64,000 bases of DNA, from contig CALQCC020000014.1 of assembly GCA_943328975.2 (NCBI GenBank), positions 15,445 to 79,444 of the forward strand, written 5' to 3'. A model generated the notes under the pieces. The model ran no database searches. It had not been told where the DNA came from and was given only the letters and a program-made list of their open reading frames with translations. Both the position numbers and the translations under genes were made by a program. Source of the stretch: Bordetella parapertussis (GTDB lineage Bacteria; Acidobacteriota; Terriglobia; Bryobacterales; Bryobacteraceae). Below, piece by piece: positions 17,502-25,859 of this stretch. Numbering within the stretch: position 1 is the first letter of the stretch; each line of letters begins with the position of its first letter.

Positions 17502-18851
17502 ATGAATCGTCGTGACTTCCTCTCTGTCGCCGGTGGTGTGGCTGCGTCGACTACCCTTGCAAGCCGTCTCTCTGCCGCCTCCAAGCCGGACCACACCATC
17601 CGCATCGGTCCAGCCACGGCTGAGATCGCCAAGGGTAAAGTGATCCGCACCACTGGCTACAACGGATCCATCCCCGGCCCGATGCTGCGCATGAAGGAAG
17701 GCAAGCCCGTCACCATCGACATCTTCAATGACACGGACACGCCGGAGCTCGTCCACTGGCATGGAATGTTCGTCTCCACCAAGGCGGATGGAGCCGAAGA
17801 AGAGGGCAGCCCGTTCGTTGCGCCGCACCGCCAGCAGCGCGTTACGTTCACGCCGAAACCGTCAGGCTCGCGCTGGTATCACACACACGCCATGGCGATG
17901 GCCGATGTTACGAAGGGCGCATTCTCGGGCCAATTTGGATTCCTCTACGTCGAGCCGAAGAGCGATCCCGGCCGCTACGATCAGGAAATCTTTCTCTCCA
18001 GCCGCCACTGGGAGCCGACCATCCTGCATCGCGGCGAGCCGAACAACGACTGGACCGTCGACTATGCCAGTGCCACTTTGGGCACGCATTCCCTGGGTCA
18101 CGGCGAACCGATCAAAGTGAAGAAGGGTCAGCGTGTGATGTTCCGTTTGTTGAATGCGGACGCCACTCGCGACATGAACCTCGCGTTCGCGGGGCACAAA
18201 TTCCATGTCGTCGCGCTCGACGGCAACCCTGTGCCGAACCCGGCCGACGTAGATGTTCTGACCATGGTGGTCGCCGAGCGCGTCGACGCGATCGTGGAGA
18301 TGAACAATCCGGGTGTCTGGATCATGGGCTCCACCAGTGAAGCGGAGCGCACGAAAGGGCTCGGCATCGTCATCGAATACGAAGGCGAAAAAGGTGAGCC
18401 TAAGTGGGTCGCACCGCCCAACGTGCCCTTCGACTACACACTGTTCGGCAATCAGATCACAGTTGCGAAGCGCGCTCCGGTCGAGGGAACGTTCGAGCTG
18501 AGCTTCCACATGATGGCCGACGAAGGCCACGCCTTCAACCAGTGGATGATCAACGATAAACTCTGGCCCAACGTCGACCCGCTGAAGGTCAAGGCCGGCA
18601 AGCGCTATCGAATCATTTTCCATAGCGGCCACGAGGACGGCCATCCACTCCACTTGCACCGCCACAACTTCGAGTTGGTGAAGGTCGGGAACAAGGTGAC
18701 ATCAGGGTTGATGAAGGACACCGTGCGTGTGCCTCGCGACGGCACGACCGAAGTGGAATTCGTAGCCAACAATCCCGGCGATTCGCTGCTGCACTGCCAC
18801 ATGCAGCACCACATGGACTATGGCTTCAAAACCATGGTCAAGTACGTGTAG
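17502..18851 (+). CDS. Tat-exported multicopper oxidase (laccase-like)
   Basis: MNRRDFLSVAGGVAASTTLASRL twin-arginine signal. Four copper motifs: HWHGM, WYHTHAM, HPLHLHRHNF, HCHMQHHMDYGF. Confidence 0.9.
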   Translation: MNRRDFLSVAGGVAASTTLASRLSAASKPDHTIRIGPATAEIAKGKVIRTTGYNGSIPGPMLRMKEGKPVTIDIFNDTDTPELVHWHGMFVSTKADGAEEEGSPFVAPHRQQRVTFTPKPSGSRWYHTHAMAMADVTKGAFSGQFGFLYVEPKSDPGRYDQEIFLSSRHWEPTILHRGEPNNDWTVDYASATLGTHSLGHGEPIKVKKGQRVMFRLLNADATRDMNLAFAGHKFHVVALDGNPVPNPADVDVLTMVVAERVDAIVEMNNPGVWIMGSTSEAERTKGLGIVIEYEGEKGEPKWVAPPNVPFDYTLFGNQITVAKRAPVEGTFELSFHMMADEGHAFNQWMINDKLWPNVDPLKVKAGKRYRIIFHSGHEDGHPLHLHRHNFELVKVGNKVTSGLMKDTVRVPRDGTTEVEFVANNPGDSLLHCHMQHHMDYGFKTMVKYV

Positions 18852-18869
18852 GCATAAGCTGCGTCATTC

Positions 18870-18890
18870 CGGGCGCAAGCCCGAGGTTTT
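18870..18890 (+). terminator. Weak candidate intrinsic terminator after the multicopper oxidase
   Basis: CGGGC-GCAA-GCCCG hairpin (GNRA loop) followed by AGGTTTTC. The stem is only 5 bp. Confidence 0.35.
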
Positions 18891-19073
18891 CAGGCGCACG
18901 AGGAACAAGTGGGTGCAGGATGTGATGTACAGCTCTTTGCCATCCGCGTCTCCGAAAGCGATATTCGATGCGCAGATGCTGCTGAAAGCTCATTGCATCG
19001 GGCGGCGCCGGTCCCACCTGTTCGATAATAGAATGAATGGAGGGAGCACCTCCGGAACGAGCCTCACTGAACC

Positions 19074-19475
19074 ATGACTTGGACCAAACACGATTACGAA
19101 GATATCCCGGGGACCTACGTCTTCGATGGCAAACATGCCTACGGCGCATACCCGCTGAACAAGCTCTTGTTCTCCTTTTGCGATGAAGCCAACCGCAGCG
19201 AATTCGATCGCGATCCGGCCGCCTATTGCGACAAATTCGGCGTGACCGGACAGTACAAGGACTACGTGCTGGGCAAGAACTTCCTCAGCATGCTGCGAAG
19301 CGGCGCGAATATTTACTACATGGCGAAGATGGCCATTCCCCGAGGCACCTCCGTGCAGGATGCCGGGGCGGCGTTTCAGGGCATCACTACACCGGAATTC
19401 CAGGCCAAACTCTCCGCACGCGCGGAAGGCCTGATCGACAAGTTGAAAGCGCGGGGAGGATACTGGCTTGGCTAA
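19074..19475 (+). CDS. ligA: Protocatechuate 4,5-dioxygenase-type extradiol dioxygenase, alpha subunit
   Basis: 133 aa. GTYVFDGKHAYGAYPLNKLLFSF..., ...YCDKFGVT and IYYMAKMA resemble LigA. It overlaps the ligB start by 8 nt. Confidence 0.85.
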   Translation: MTWTKHDYEDIPGTYVFDGKHAYGAYPLNKLLFSFCDEANRSEFDRDPAAYCDKFGVTGQYKDYVLGKNFLSMLRSGANIYYMAKMAIPRGTSVQDAGAAFQGITTPEFQAKLSARAEGLIDKLKARGGYWLG

Positions 19476-20313
19476 GATCATTGGCGGCGTCACGAGTTCA
19501 CACATCCCGGCCGTGGGCAATGCCATCGCCGACGGAAAGACTCAGGAACCTTACTGGAAGCGCTTTTTCGACGGCTACAAGCCGGCGCAAGAGTGGCTGC
19601 AAAAGCACAAGCCCGACATTGCCATCGTGGTCTACAACGATCACGGCCTCAATTTCTTCCTCGACAAGGCGCCCACGTTCGCACTCGGATGCGCGGATAC
19701 GTATTACAACGACGACGAAGGCTGGGCCCTCAAGCCGGTGGCCCCGTTTAAGGGCAATGTCCCGTTCTCCTGGCATCTCGCCGAAAAATTGGTGGAACAG
19801 GAATTCGACATCTGCACCTGCCAGGAAATGAAGGTCGACCACGGGTTCGTCAACCCGATTCGGGCGCTATGGGGTACCCATGACGTGTGGCCGATCACGA
19901 CGATCCCGCTCGCCGTCAATACGGTGCAGCACCCCGTCCCCTCGGCTCTTCGCTGCTTCAAGCTCGGCAAAGCCTTGCGGCAGGCGATCGAGAGCTATGA
20001 AGAGGATCTAAAGGTGGTCGTGCTCGGAACCGGCGGCATGTCGCATCAACTCCAGGGCGAGCGCGCCGGACTGATCGATGTCGATTTCGATCTGGAATGC
20101 ATGGATCGCATCGCCAGTGACCCGGAGTGGCTGACACAGTTCACCAACTCTGAGATCATGCGCCGCACCGGCACCGAGGGGATCGAAACCATCATGTGGC
20201 TGGTGATGCGCGGCGCGCTGCAAGAAAACGTAAAGGTGATCCACAAGCACTACCACGCGCCCATTTCCAACACCGGCGCCGGCGTCCTTGTATTGGAAAA
20301 CACCTTCCTGTAG
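19468..20313 (+). CDS. ligB: Protocatechuate 4,5-dioxygenase-type class III extradiol dioxygenase, beta (catalytic) subunit
   Basis: MAKIIGGVTSSHIPAVGNAI..., DIAIVVYNDHGLNFF...PTFALGC, DEGW and MKVDHGF closely parallel Sphingobium LigB as I recall it. Confidence 0.9.
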   Translation: MAKIIGGVTSSHIPAVGNAIADGKTQEPYWKRFFDGYKPAQEWLQKHKPDIAIVVYNDHGLNFFLDKAPTFALGCADTYYNDDEGWALKPVAPFKGNVPFSWHLAEKLVEQEFDICTCQEMKVDHGFVNPIRALWGTHDVWPITTIPLAVNTVQHPVPSALRCFKLGKALRQAIESYEEDLKVVVLGTGGMSHQLQGERAGLIDVDFDLECMDRIASDPEWLTQFTNSEIMRRTGTEGIETIMWLVMRGALQENVKVIHKHYHAPISNTGAGVLVLENTFL

Positions 20314-20767
20314 GGCGATCACCCGGTACGATCGTCTGGATGAAAATTAGCTGTGGCACCCAGATGAATAATACAGGACACGTATGCAGTGCTCTCTCAA
20401 ATCAAGCTGGTGCCCACAAGCAGCACGAGCGAACCTGCCCAGCGGGCAAGGAAACGACCCGTGAAGCCGTTCGGGCCGAGAGGAGCGCCTGCGGCGAGAT
20501 CATTTAAGGCTAAGCGGGCGAACACCGAACTTGCAGATCATTGCAAAGCCAGATGGGCTCTCCCGCAGCCTTAGTCAAGCGTGTGGTGAAGGCCCGCGCC
20601 ACCGAAATATTCAAGTGAGGTTTCGACAACAGGGCGAAGACAAGAGAGCCCTTACTGCTTTCGCGAAATGATGAGCAGAAACATATTGGAACGGAGTGTC
20701 CGGCAAGTGATGGCCCGGAGTACAGCCCGGACGGTTGAGTGTTTTTGGTTAAGCCTTTTGTTTTGTA

Positions 20768-20843
20768 TGGAGCCACCCTCCGGGATCGAACCGGAGGCCT
20801 GCTGATTACGAATCAGCCGCTCTACCAACTGAGCTAGGGTGGC
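20768..20843 (-). tRNA. tRNA-Thr (anticodon CGU), 76 nt with encoded CCA
   Basis: The reverse complement is GCCACCCTAGCTCAGTTGGTAGAGCGGCTGATTCGTAATCAGCAGGCCTCCGGTTCGATCCCGGAGGGTGGCTCCA. Acceptor GCCACCC/GGGTGGC, anticodon stem GCTGA/TCAGC with loop TTCGTAA, T-arm TCCGG-TTCGATC-CCGGA. Confidence 0.9.
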
Positions 20844-20955
20844 CCTGAGGTGGGCGGGCAATCAAAAAGATGCCCTTTCTTGGAGGATATCACAGCTGGC
20901 TCCAAAAACTTTCACGATCTGCCGATAAGATTCGTGAAGGACCTACGACTCCGCG

Positions 20956-21324
20956 ATGCCATCTGAAATGCCCACCCCCGTGCTAGGCGCCACCCAACCG
21001 ATCCTGGATCAGGAGGTCGCGATGTTGCGCGTGGGCGGCGATGCGGAGTTGCTCCGAGAGATCGCACAGTTGTTCCTGGAAGAATATCCCCGCCTGATGG
21101 AGGAGCTTCGCTTGGCGCACCAGCAGGGCGACGCCAAACAGGTGGAGCGCACTGCGCACGGCCTCAAGGGCTCGGTGGCGAATTTCGGCGCGAAGCGCGC
21201 GGTGGACGCCGCGTTTCAGATCGAACAGTTGGGGCGCGGCGGGAAACTGGATCCTGTTGGGGAAGTGCTGCAGTCCCTCGATCTGCTGCTGCTCGCCTTG
21301 CACGGGGAACTTTCGCAACTCTAG
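20956..21324 (+). CDS. Stand-alone histidine phosphotransfer (Hpt) domain protein
   Basis: 122 aa, with AHGLKGSVANFGA (phospho-His motif H.LKG) in a four-helix-like context. Confidence 0.85.
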   Translation: MPSEMPTPVLGATQPILDQEVAMLRVGGDAELLREIAQLFLEEYPRLMEELRLAHQQGDAKQVERTAHGLKGSVANFGAKRAVDAAFQIEQLGRGGKLDPVGEVLQSLDLLLLALHGELSQL

Positions 21325-21439
21325 GGCCAGTTCCCTAGAGATTTCATAGGGCAAACGCTCTACATCGCCTTGGTCCGAAGTTGCCGATGGGTACCTGAGA
21401 GCTAGATCCGTCTCTTGGTCTGGACTCTCTTGGAATCTT

Positions 21440-22006
21440 ATGAAGCCATTTCGACTATTGCTCTGCGGTCTGCTCCTTGCGGGGACTTTGCCTGCGGCGG
21501 ACACCTTGAGTTCTCCCGTATTCAGTTCTCCCGTCCTGGGATACGTGTTTGACGATACGGCGAAAGCGATCCGCGCGATTGCCGGGGTCCCGGGGGCGGC
21601 GAGTCTCGGAGAAACGGTGAGTTCTCCCGAAGCCCTGACGGAGGCGTTTGTGCATTCCGCAGCGCGCGTCGCCGTGGTGAAGACTAAGGACGGCGCCCTC
21701 GCGTTGCTTTCTTGGAGCGGTGGCACCCGGTTGACGCGAATGGAGACTGCCTTGGGTTCCGTTAAACTGGCGACATTCAGTCGTTCCGGGGGCCGTGTTG
21801 CGGTCACTGACGGCGCAAAAGTGGAGCTTTGGTCCACCAATGGCTCGCCCGCGTTGGTGAGCTGGCATGATCGCGCCGGGATTACGGAAATTGCAGTGAA
21901 CGACGAGGGTGTTGTCGTTGCTGCGACTTACCTCGCCCAGCACCAGCTCGTCCCCGGCTTCAATCTTGATGGCCGTTCCGATCGGCAGGGAGGCCGGAAG
22001 GCGTAA
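21440..22006 (+). CDS. Exported hypothetical protein, possibly 3'-truncated (its tail overlaps the antisense PilZ ORF)
   Basis: Signal peptide MKPFRLLLCGLLLAGTLPAA followed by a protein-like sequence to about ...ITEIAVNDEG (about 21905). Beyond that, third-position GC drops and the opposite strand looks coding. Confidence 0.5.
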   Translation: MKPFRLLLCGLLLAGTLPAADTLSSPVFSSPVLGYVFDDTAKAIRAIAGVPGAASLGETVSSPEALTEAFVHSAARVAVVKTKDGALALLSWSGGTRLTRMETALGSVKLATFSRSGGRVAVTDGAKVELWSTNGSPALVSWHDRAGITEIAVNDEGVVVAATYLAQHQLVPGFNLDGRSDRQGGRKA

Positions 22007-22132
22007 CCCTAAGCCGTGCAAAGACACATCCACGATGCGCCCCGCCATGCAAGCATGACCCTCGCCTAGGACAGCAACTTCGATCAGTTCGGATGGTTGA
22101 ATGCGGGCCTGTTTTCGTCGTTCCACGAACAA
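21455..22132 (-). CDS. PilZ domain protein; only the first ~85 codons (about 21880..22132) look genuine
   Basis: RRKQAR ... DVSLHGLGL ... GTAIKIEAGDELVLGEV...LVVHCNF matches the PilZ RxxxR / D.S..G pattern. The remaining ~140 codons are Arg-rich and are antisense to 21440..22006. Confidence 0.45.
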   Translation of the reverse strand: MFVERRKQARIQPSELIEVAVLGEGHACMAGRIVDVSLHGLGLRLPASLPIGTAIKIEAGDELVLGEVSRSNDNTLVVHCNFRNPGAIMPAHQRGRAIGGPKLHFCAVSDRNTAPGTTECRQFNGTQGSLHSRQPGATAPRKQREGAVLSLHHGDARCGMHKRLRQGFGRTHRFSETRRPRDPGNRADRFRRIVKHVSQDGRTEYGRTQGVRRRQSPRKEQTAEQ

Positions 22133-22164
22133 CGTATCGACCCGGTTGATTCCGGTTTTAGGAT

Positions 22165-22545
22165 TTATCGGGAACTAAATACAGCCCAGACCGCGAGCGC
22201 GACACCCAGAGGAACGGCGACCTTGCGCCAGTGCGCTTGGGCGAATTCCCAACGGGACGGCACCTCGGCGATTGCTGGAGGCTGAGGCTCCGGAGTCGGC
22301 ACCGGCACTTCCAACGACGGAGCGAACCGTGTGCGTAGCGCCGAGGGCATCCCCTTCAACGCGCGCCGGACTTCCTCGCGTCCACGCCGGTCGGCAATCA
22401 GAATCGTCGCCGAGTTGAAGCCATTCGTCGACGCCTCGAGCTCTTTACGCAGACCCTGCGGTATTTCTCCCATCGAGTGATAGACTCGCGTCCGGTCGCC
22501 CTTGGCGATGAAGATGGTGGAGGTCTTGATGGTGACTTTCTGCAT
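22165..22545 (-). CDS. Hypothetical protein with a C-terminal transmembrane helix
   Basis: 126-aa ORF, MQKVTIKTSTIFIAKGDRTRVYHSMGEIPQGLRKELE..., C-terminal VAVPLGVALAVWAVF. Co-oriented with PilZ, 32 nt upstream of it. Confidence 0.5.
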   Translation of the reverse strand: MQKVTIKTSTIFIAKGDRTRVYHSMGEIPQGLRKELEASTNGFNSATILIADRRGREEVRRALKGMPSALRTRFAPSLEVPVPTPEPQPPAIAEVPSRWEFAQAHWRKVAVPLGVALAVWAVFSSR

Positions 22546-22582
22546 GGGTCAAGTCTCGACTGCGTCTATTTCTCTACCTTGT

Positions 22583-23530
22583 CTATTTCTCGACTTTTTC
22601 AGCCGAAATGGCCTTCGCCACTTTCTTTGCGCCCGGCCCGTAGCCATCGATAGCGGAGTTCTTCAGCGTAACCTCAATGAACCCCAAAGCAGCTTTCGAC
22701 AGAGCCTTGTCTTTTCGATAGATGAGAGCCAACTGGCGGATCATGGGCTCGGGACCCAAGGAGATCGCGACCAACTTTCCGGCCGCCACTTCGTCATAGC
22801 AATGGGTGCCCGCAAGGAAGCTGACTCCCAATCCCGCCGCTACAAAACGCTTGATCATTTCCGTGGAATCGAGCTCCATCGACACGTTCAAATCGTCTTC
22901 CACCGCGGCGAACCAAGTTGCTAAACGTCTCCGCGTGGTGCCAGTCTTCGGCAACAGCAGCTGATGCGGAACCAGATCTTCGGGCAGGACCTGCTTATTC
23001 TCCGCCAGAGGATGTCCGGCCGGAACCAGCGCCTTAATCTCGTCGGAGTGAATCTTCACCACCTGCAGGCGCTTTTCTTCCACGGGCAACTGCGTGATGC
23101 CGAAGTCGGCCTGATTATCCAGCACGGCTTCGACGACGCGTGCTCCGTAGGAGCGATCCACCAGGATCTGAACATTCGGGAACTGTTTCTTGTATTCGGA
23201 GAAGACCAGCGGCAGCACGTAGATGCACGTAGCTTCGTTGGCCGCGATCATGAGTTCTCCGCGGGGCACGCGCTCCAGTTCGCTGATCATGTCCTGCGCT
23301 ACGCGTCGCAGGCCCAGAATTTGTTCCGCGTATTGCGCGAAGATATGGCCCGCGGCAGTGAGAGCGATCTTGGTGCCTAGCCGTTCAAACAGAGGAGCGT
23401 TTAGTTCCGTCTCCAGTTGACGGACCTGTGCGCTTACCGCCGGCTGCGTGCGGTAACACGTCTGCGCCGCCTTCGAGAAGCTCTTCAGGCGGACGATCTC
23501 AAGGAATGTGTGGAGCTGATCCAGGTCCAT
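22583..23530 (-). CDS. LysR-family transcriptional regulator
   Basis: The ATG at 23530 gives MDLDQLHTFLEIVRLKSFSKAAQTCYRTQPAVSAQVRQLETELNAPLFERLG (wHTH) plus a LysR substrate-binding domain. Divergent from 23598..24716. Confidence 0.9.
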   Translation of the reverse strand: MDLDQLHTFLEIVRLKSFSKAAQTCYRTQPAVSAQVRQLETELNAPLFERLGTKIALTAAGHIFAQYAEQILGLRRVAQDMISELERVPRGELMIAANEATCIYVLPLVFSEYKKQFPNVQILVDRSYGARVVEAVLDNQADFGITQLPVEEKRLQVVKIHSDEIKALVPAGHPLAENKQVLPEDLVPHQLLLPKTGTTRRRLATWFAAVEDDLNVSMELDSTEMIKRFVAAGLGVSFLAGTHCYDEVAAGKLVAISLGPEPMIRQLALIYRKDKALSKAALGFIEVTLKNSAIDGYGPGAKKVAKAISAEKVEK

Positions 23531-23597
23531 GACGTTCTTCCGGCGCGCACACAACCGGGATACTGAGTATACAGTAGTAGTTTAGCAGCCACTCACC

Positions 23598-24716
23598 ATG
23601 CCTAGCCGTGCCAGCCTTCTTCTGCTGCTCTATTTGACGTGCGGCTGCGCCCTGTCGCATGCACAGGGGCCTACCAACGTCCTGGTGGTGGTGAACGACA
23701 AGTCGGCGCTTTCCCGCAACATCTCCGAATACTATGTGGGTAAGCGAGCCATCCCGTTGAAGAACGTCTGTCACCTGCAGACGTCCGAGGCTGAGGATAT
23801 CGCTCGACCGGACTATGACCGTCAGATCGCGACACCCATTGCGGGATGCCTGCGCCGGGAGCTATTGACCGAACAGATCCTGTACATGGTGACCACGCAG
23901 GGCGTCCCTCTGCGGATTCAAGGTTCGGATGGCGTCAACGGAGACGTCGCCGCGGTGGATAGTGAGCTTGCACTGCTCTACGCCGACCTTCGGAGCGGCA
24001 AACCGCACTCTGTGGCTGGTCCACTGCGGAATCCTTTCTTCGGGAAAGCGGATGACAAATTCACGCATGCCGAGTTCCCCATGTACCTGGTGACGCGCCT
24101 AGCCGCCTACGATTTCACCGGCGTCAAGGCGATCATTGACCGTTCGCTGCTGGCCAAGAACGTTGGCAAGTTCGTGATTGACCTTAAATCGGATGACGAC
24201 GAGCAAGGGAACGACTGGCTGCGAAATACCGTGATACGGCTGCCGACGAATCGCTTGGTGTTCGATGAATCCACCACCGTGGTGTACAAACAAACCGACG
24301 TTATAGGGTTCGCCTCCTGGGGCTCCAACGATCGCAACCGGCATGAGCGCTACGTCGGATTCCGCTGGCTGCCGGGAGCCATTGCCACCGAATTTGTGTC
24401 CACCAACGCACGGACGTTCGCCCGTCCGCCCAAAACGTGGAACATCAGCACCTGGGACGCAATCTCGCGGCCCAAGTGGTTCGCGGGCAGCCCCCAGACG
24501 ATGACGGCGGATTACTTGGAAGAAGGTGCCAGCGCAGCCACGGGGCACGTGTATGAGCCCTACTTGAACCTGACGCCGCGCCCTGACTTTCTATTGCCCG
24601 CCTACTTTAAAGGGCGGAACTTGGCGGAAAGCTACTATCTTTCCGTTCCCGCGTTGAGCTGGCAAAACATTGTGATCGGCGACCCGCTCATGTCGCTGGG
24701 TGCTCCGGGAAAGTGA
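23598..24716 (+). CDS. Exported conserved hypothetical protein (TIGR03790-like, from memory)
   Basis: Signal peptide, then NVLVVVNDKSALSRNISEYYVGKRAIPLKNVCHL..., 372 aa. The family assignment is tentative. Confidence 0.65.
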   Translation: MPSRASLLLLLYLTCGCALSHAQGPTNVLVVVNDKSALSRNISEYYVGKRAIPLKNVCHLQTSEAEDIARPDYDRQIATPIAGCLRRELLTEQILYMVTTQGVPLRIQGSDGVNGDVAAVDSELALLYADLRSGKPHSVAGPLRNPFFGKADDKFTHAEFPMYLVTRLAAYDFTGVKAIIDRSLLAKNVGKFVIDLKSDDDEQGNDWLRNTVIRLPTNRLVFDESTTVVYKQTDVIGFASWGSNDRNRHERYVGFRWLPGAIATEFVSTNARTFARPPKTWNISTWDAISRPKWFAGSPQTMTADYLEEGASAATGHVYEPYLNLTPRPDFLLPAYFKGRNLAESYYLSVPALSWQNIVIGDPLMSLGAPGK

Positions 24717-25684
24717 TCTTGCGACCGTTCGATCCGTTTTTCAAGAATCCCCACCTGGCTACGATTGCCGGCAATTTCTGGCAGCGTCCGGAGAGTGAAT
24801 CGCGCTGGCCAGTCGAGAAGTTGCTGTATCAGACGGAACCCGCGGTTCAGGTTCTGGTGCTTGCCCAAAAGCCCGGTGAAGCCGCTCGCGGAGAAGTGAT
24901 CCTGGTACACGGACTGGAAGGCTCCAGCGATTCGGGTTATGCGCGCAGCATGGCCTTCGCCGCACTGGACCGCGGTTTCGCCACTCACCGCTTCAACATG
25001 CGCGGTTGCGGCGGGACCGAGGCGCTCTCCCTCTTGAGTTACCATGCCGGCCAGACCAGCGACTTGCTCCATGTGGTCCGGGAGCGTCGCCGGTTGAGCG
25101 GAGCCCCTGTTTTCGTCGTTGGGTACTCGCTGGGCGGAAACGTCGCCCTGAAACTAGCAGGGGAACTGGGGGACGCGGCTCACGGGCTGCTTGCGGGCGT
25201 GGCATCCGTCTCGGCACCCATCGATCTGGCGATTTCCGCCGCGTCGCTGGGCCGGCGGGCCAATTTCATCTACCAAAATCGCTTCCTGGACCGCCTGAAA
25301 GTCCGAATTCGGCGTAAGAATTTGCTCTCTCCGGACGTCTATACCTTGGAGCACCTTCCCAGGGTCAGCAGCATCGTGGATTTTGACGACTACTACACTG
25401 CCCGCTTGTTTGGCTTCGGCTCGGCGGCGAATTATTTCCGGACGCAGTCTTCGAACCAGTTTCTGGAGAGGATCCGGGTACCCGCGTTGTTGATCACGGC
25501 CAAGGACGACCCCATGGTCCCATTCCAGAGCTACGATCACCCGGCGTTCGGTCGGAATCCAGCGCTGCGGTTGGTTGCGGTCGAGCACGGAGGCCACTTG
25601 GGCTTTATCTCGCGGACGAACCCACGCTTCTGGTTGGATGGCACTATTTTGGACTGGATGGAGCAGCGCCTGTCCGCTCCCTGA
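24713..25684 (+). CDS. Alpha/beta-fold hydrolase (YheT/ABHD-like)
   Basis: The GTG start overlaps the upstream stop (GTGA). HGLEGSS, nucleophile elbow GYSLGGN, C-terminal DDP...HGGHLGF. Confidence 0.85.
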   Translation: MILRPFDPFFKNPHLATIAGNFWQRPESESRWPVEKLLYQTEPAVQVLVLAQKPGEAARGEVILVHGLEGSSDSGYARSMAFAALDRGFATHRFNMRGCGGTEALSLLSYHAGQTSDLLHVVRERRRLSGAPVFVVGYSLGGNVALKLAGELGDAAHGLLAGVASVSAPIDLAISAASLGRRANFIYQNRFLDRLKVRIRRKNLLSPDVYTLEHLPRVSSIVDFDDYYTARLFGFGSAANYFRTQSSNQFLERIRVPALLITAKDDPMVPFQSYDHPAFGRNPALRLVAVEHGGHLGFISRTNPRFWLDGTILDWMEQRLSAP

Positions 25685-25702
25685 CCGTCGCGGTTCTGTG
25701 TC

Positions 25703-25762
25703 GGGATGGGTGGCCTGGCGGGTGGCGGGCCGGGGCAGGGGCAGGGCCGAACGGGTGGCGGG
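25703..25762 (+). other. Dense G-tract run (G-quadruplex-prone) in an intergenic region
   Basis: GGGATGGGTGGCCTGGCGGGTGGCGGGCCGGGGCAGGGGCAGGGCCGAACGGGTGGCGGG: at least 8 runs of 3 or more G within 60 nt on the + strand, upstream of 25860..27101. Confidence 0.5.
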
Positions 25763-25859
25763 TTGAGAGGCCTGACACCCAACCCCGCGCGTCAGCAAGC
25801 GGATAGACGGAACAGCGGTCGAGCAAGCAACGTATTCTAAAAGAGTCAGGAAAACCACA

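Noticed and set aside
20340-20767. RNase P RNA (rnpB) or tmRNA (ssrA) in the ORF-free region next to tRNA-Thr. On the minus strand, GTCCGGGCT resembles the P4 5' strand and CGCCCGCTTAGCC resembles ACCCGGCUUA. On the plus strand, GGTTTCGAC resembles the tmRNA 5' region, and GGC GAA GAC AAG AGA GCC CTT ACT GCT TTC GCG AAA TGA TGA reads as a tag-like ORF with a double stop.
   Set aside because: The universally conserved GAGGAAAG preceding P4 and the GGUGAAA/GUAAGAGC regions are missing in the same orientation. The two P4-like strands are only about 225 nt apart. No tRNA-like T-arm with an ACCA end or GGGG acceptor start exists for a tmRNA. The 'tag' would start about 10 nt after the TTCGAC motif, which is geometrically wrong. 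The region is kept only as an unclassified candidate.
22165-22545. The C-terminus ...PTPEPQPPAIAEVPSRWEFAQAHWRKVAVPLGVALAVWAVFSSR as a PEP-CTERM sorting signal for the exosortase at 45962..46870.
   Set aside because: About 24 residues separate the PEP from the TM helix, whereas the canonical signal has them adjacent. There is no N-terminal signal peptide, and the basic cluster after the helix is minimal.
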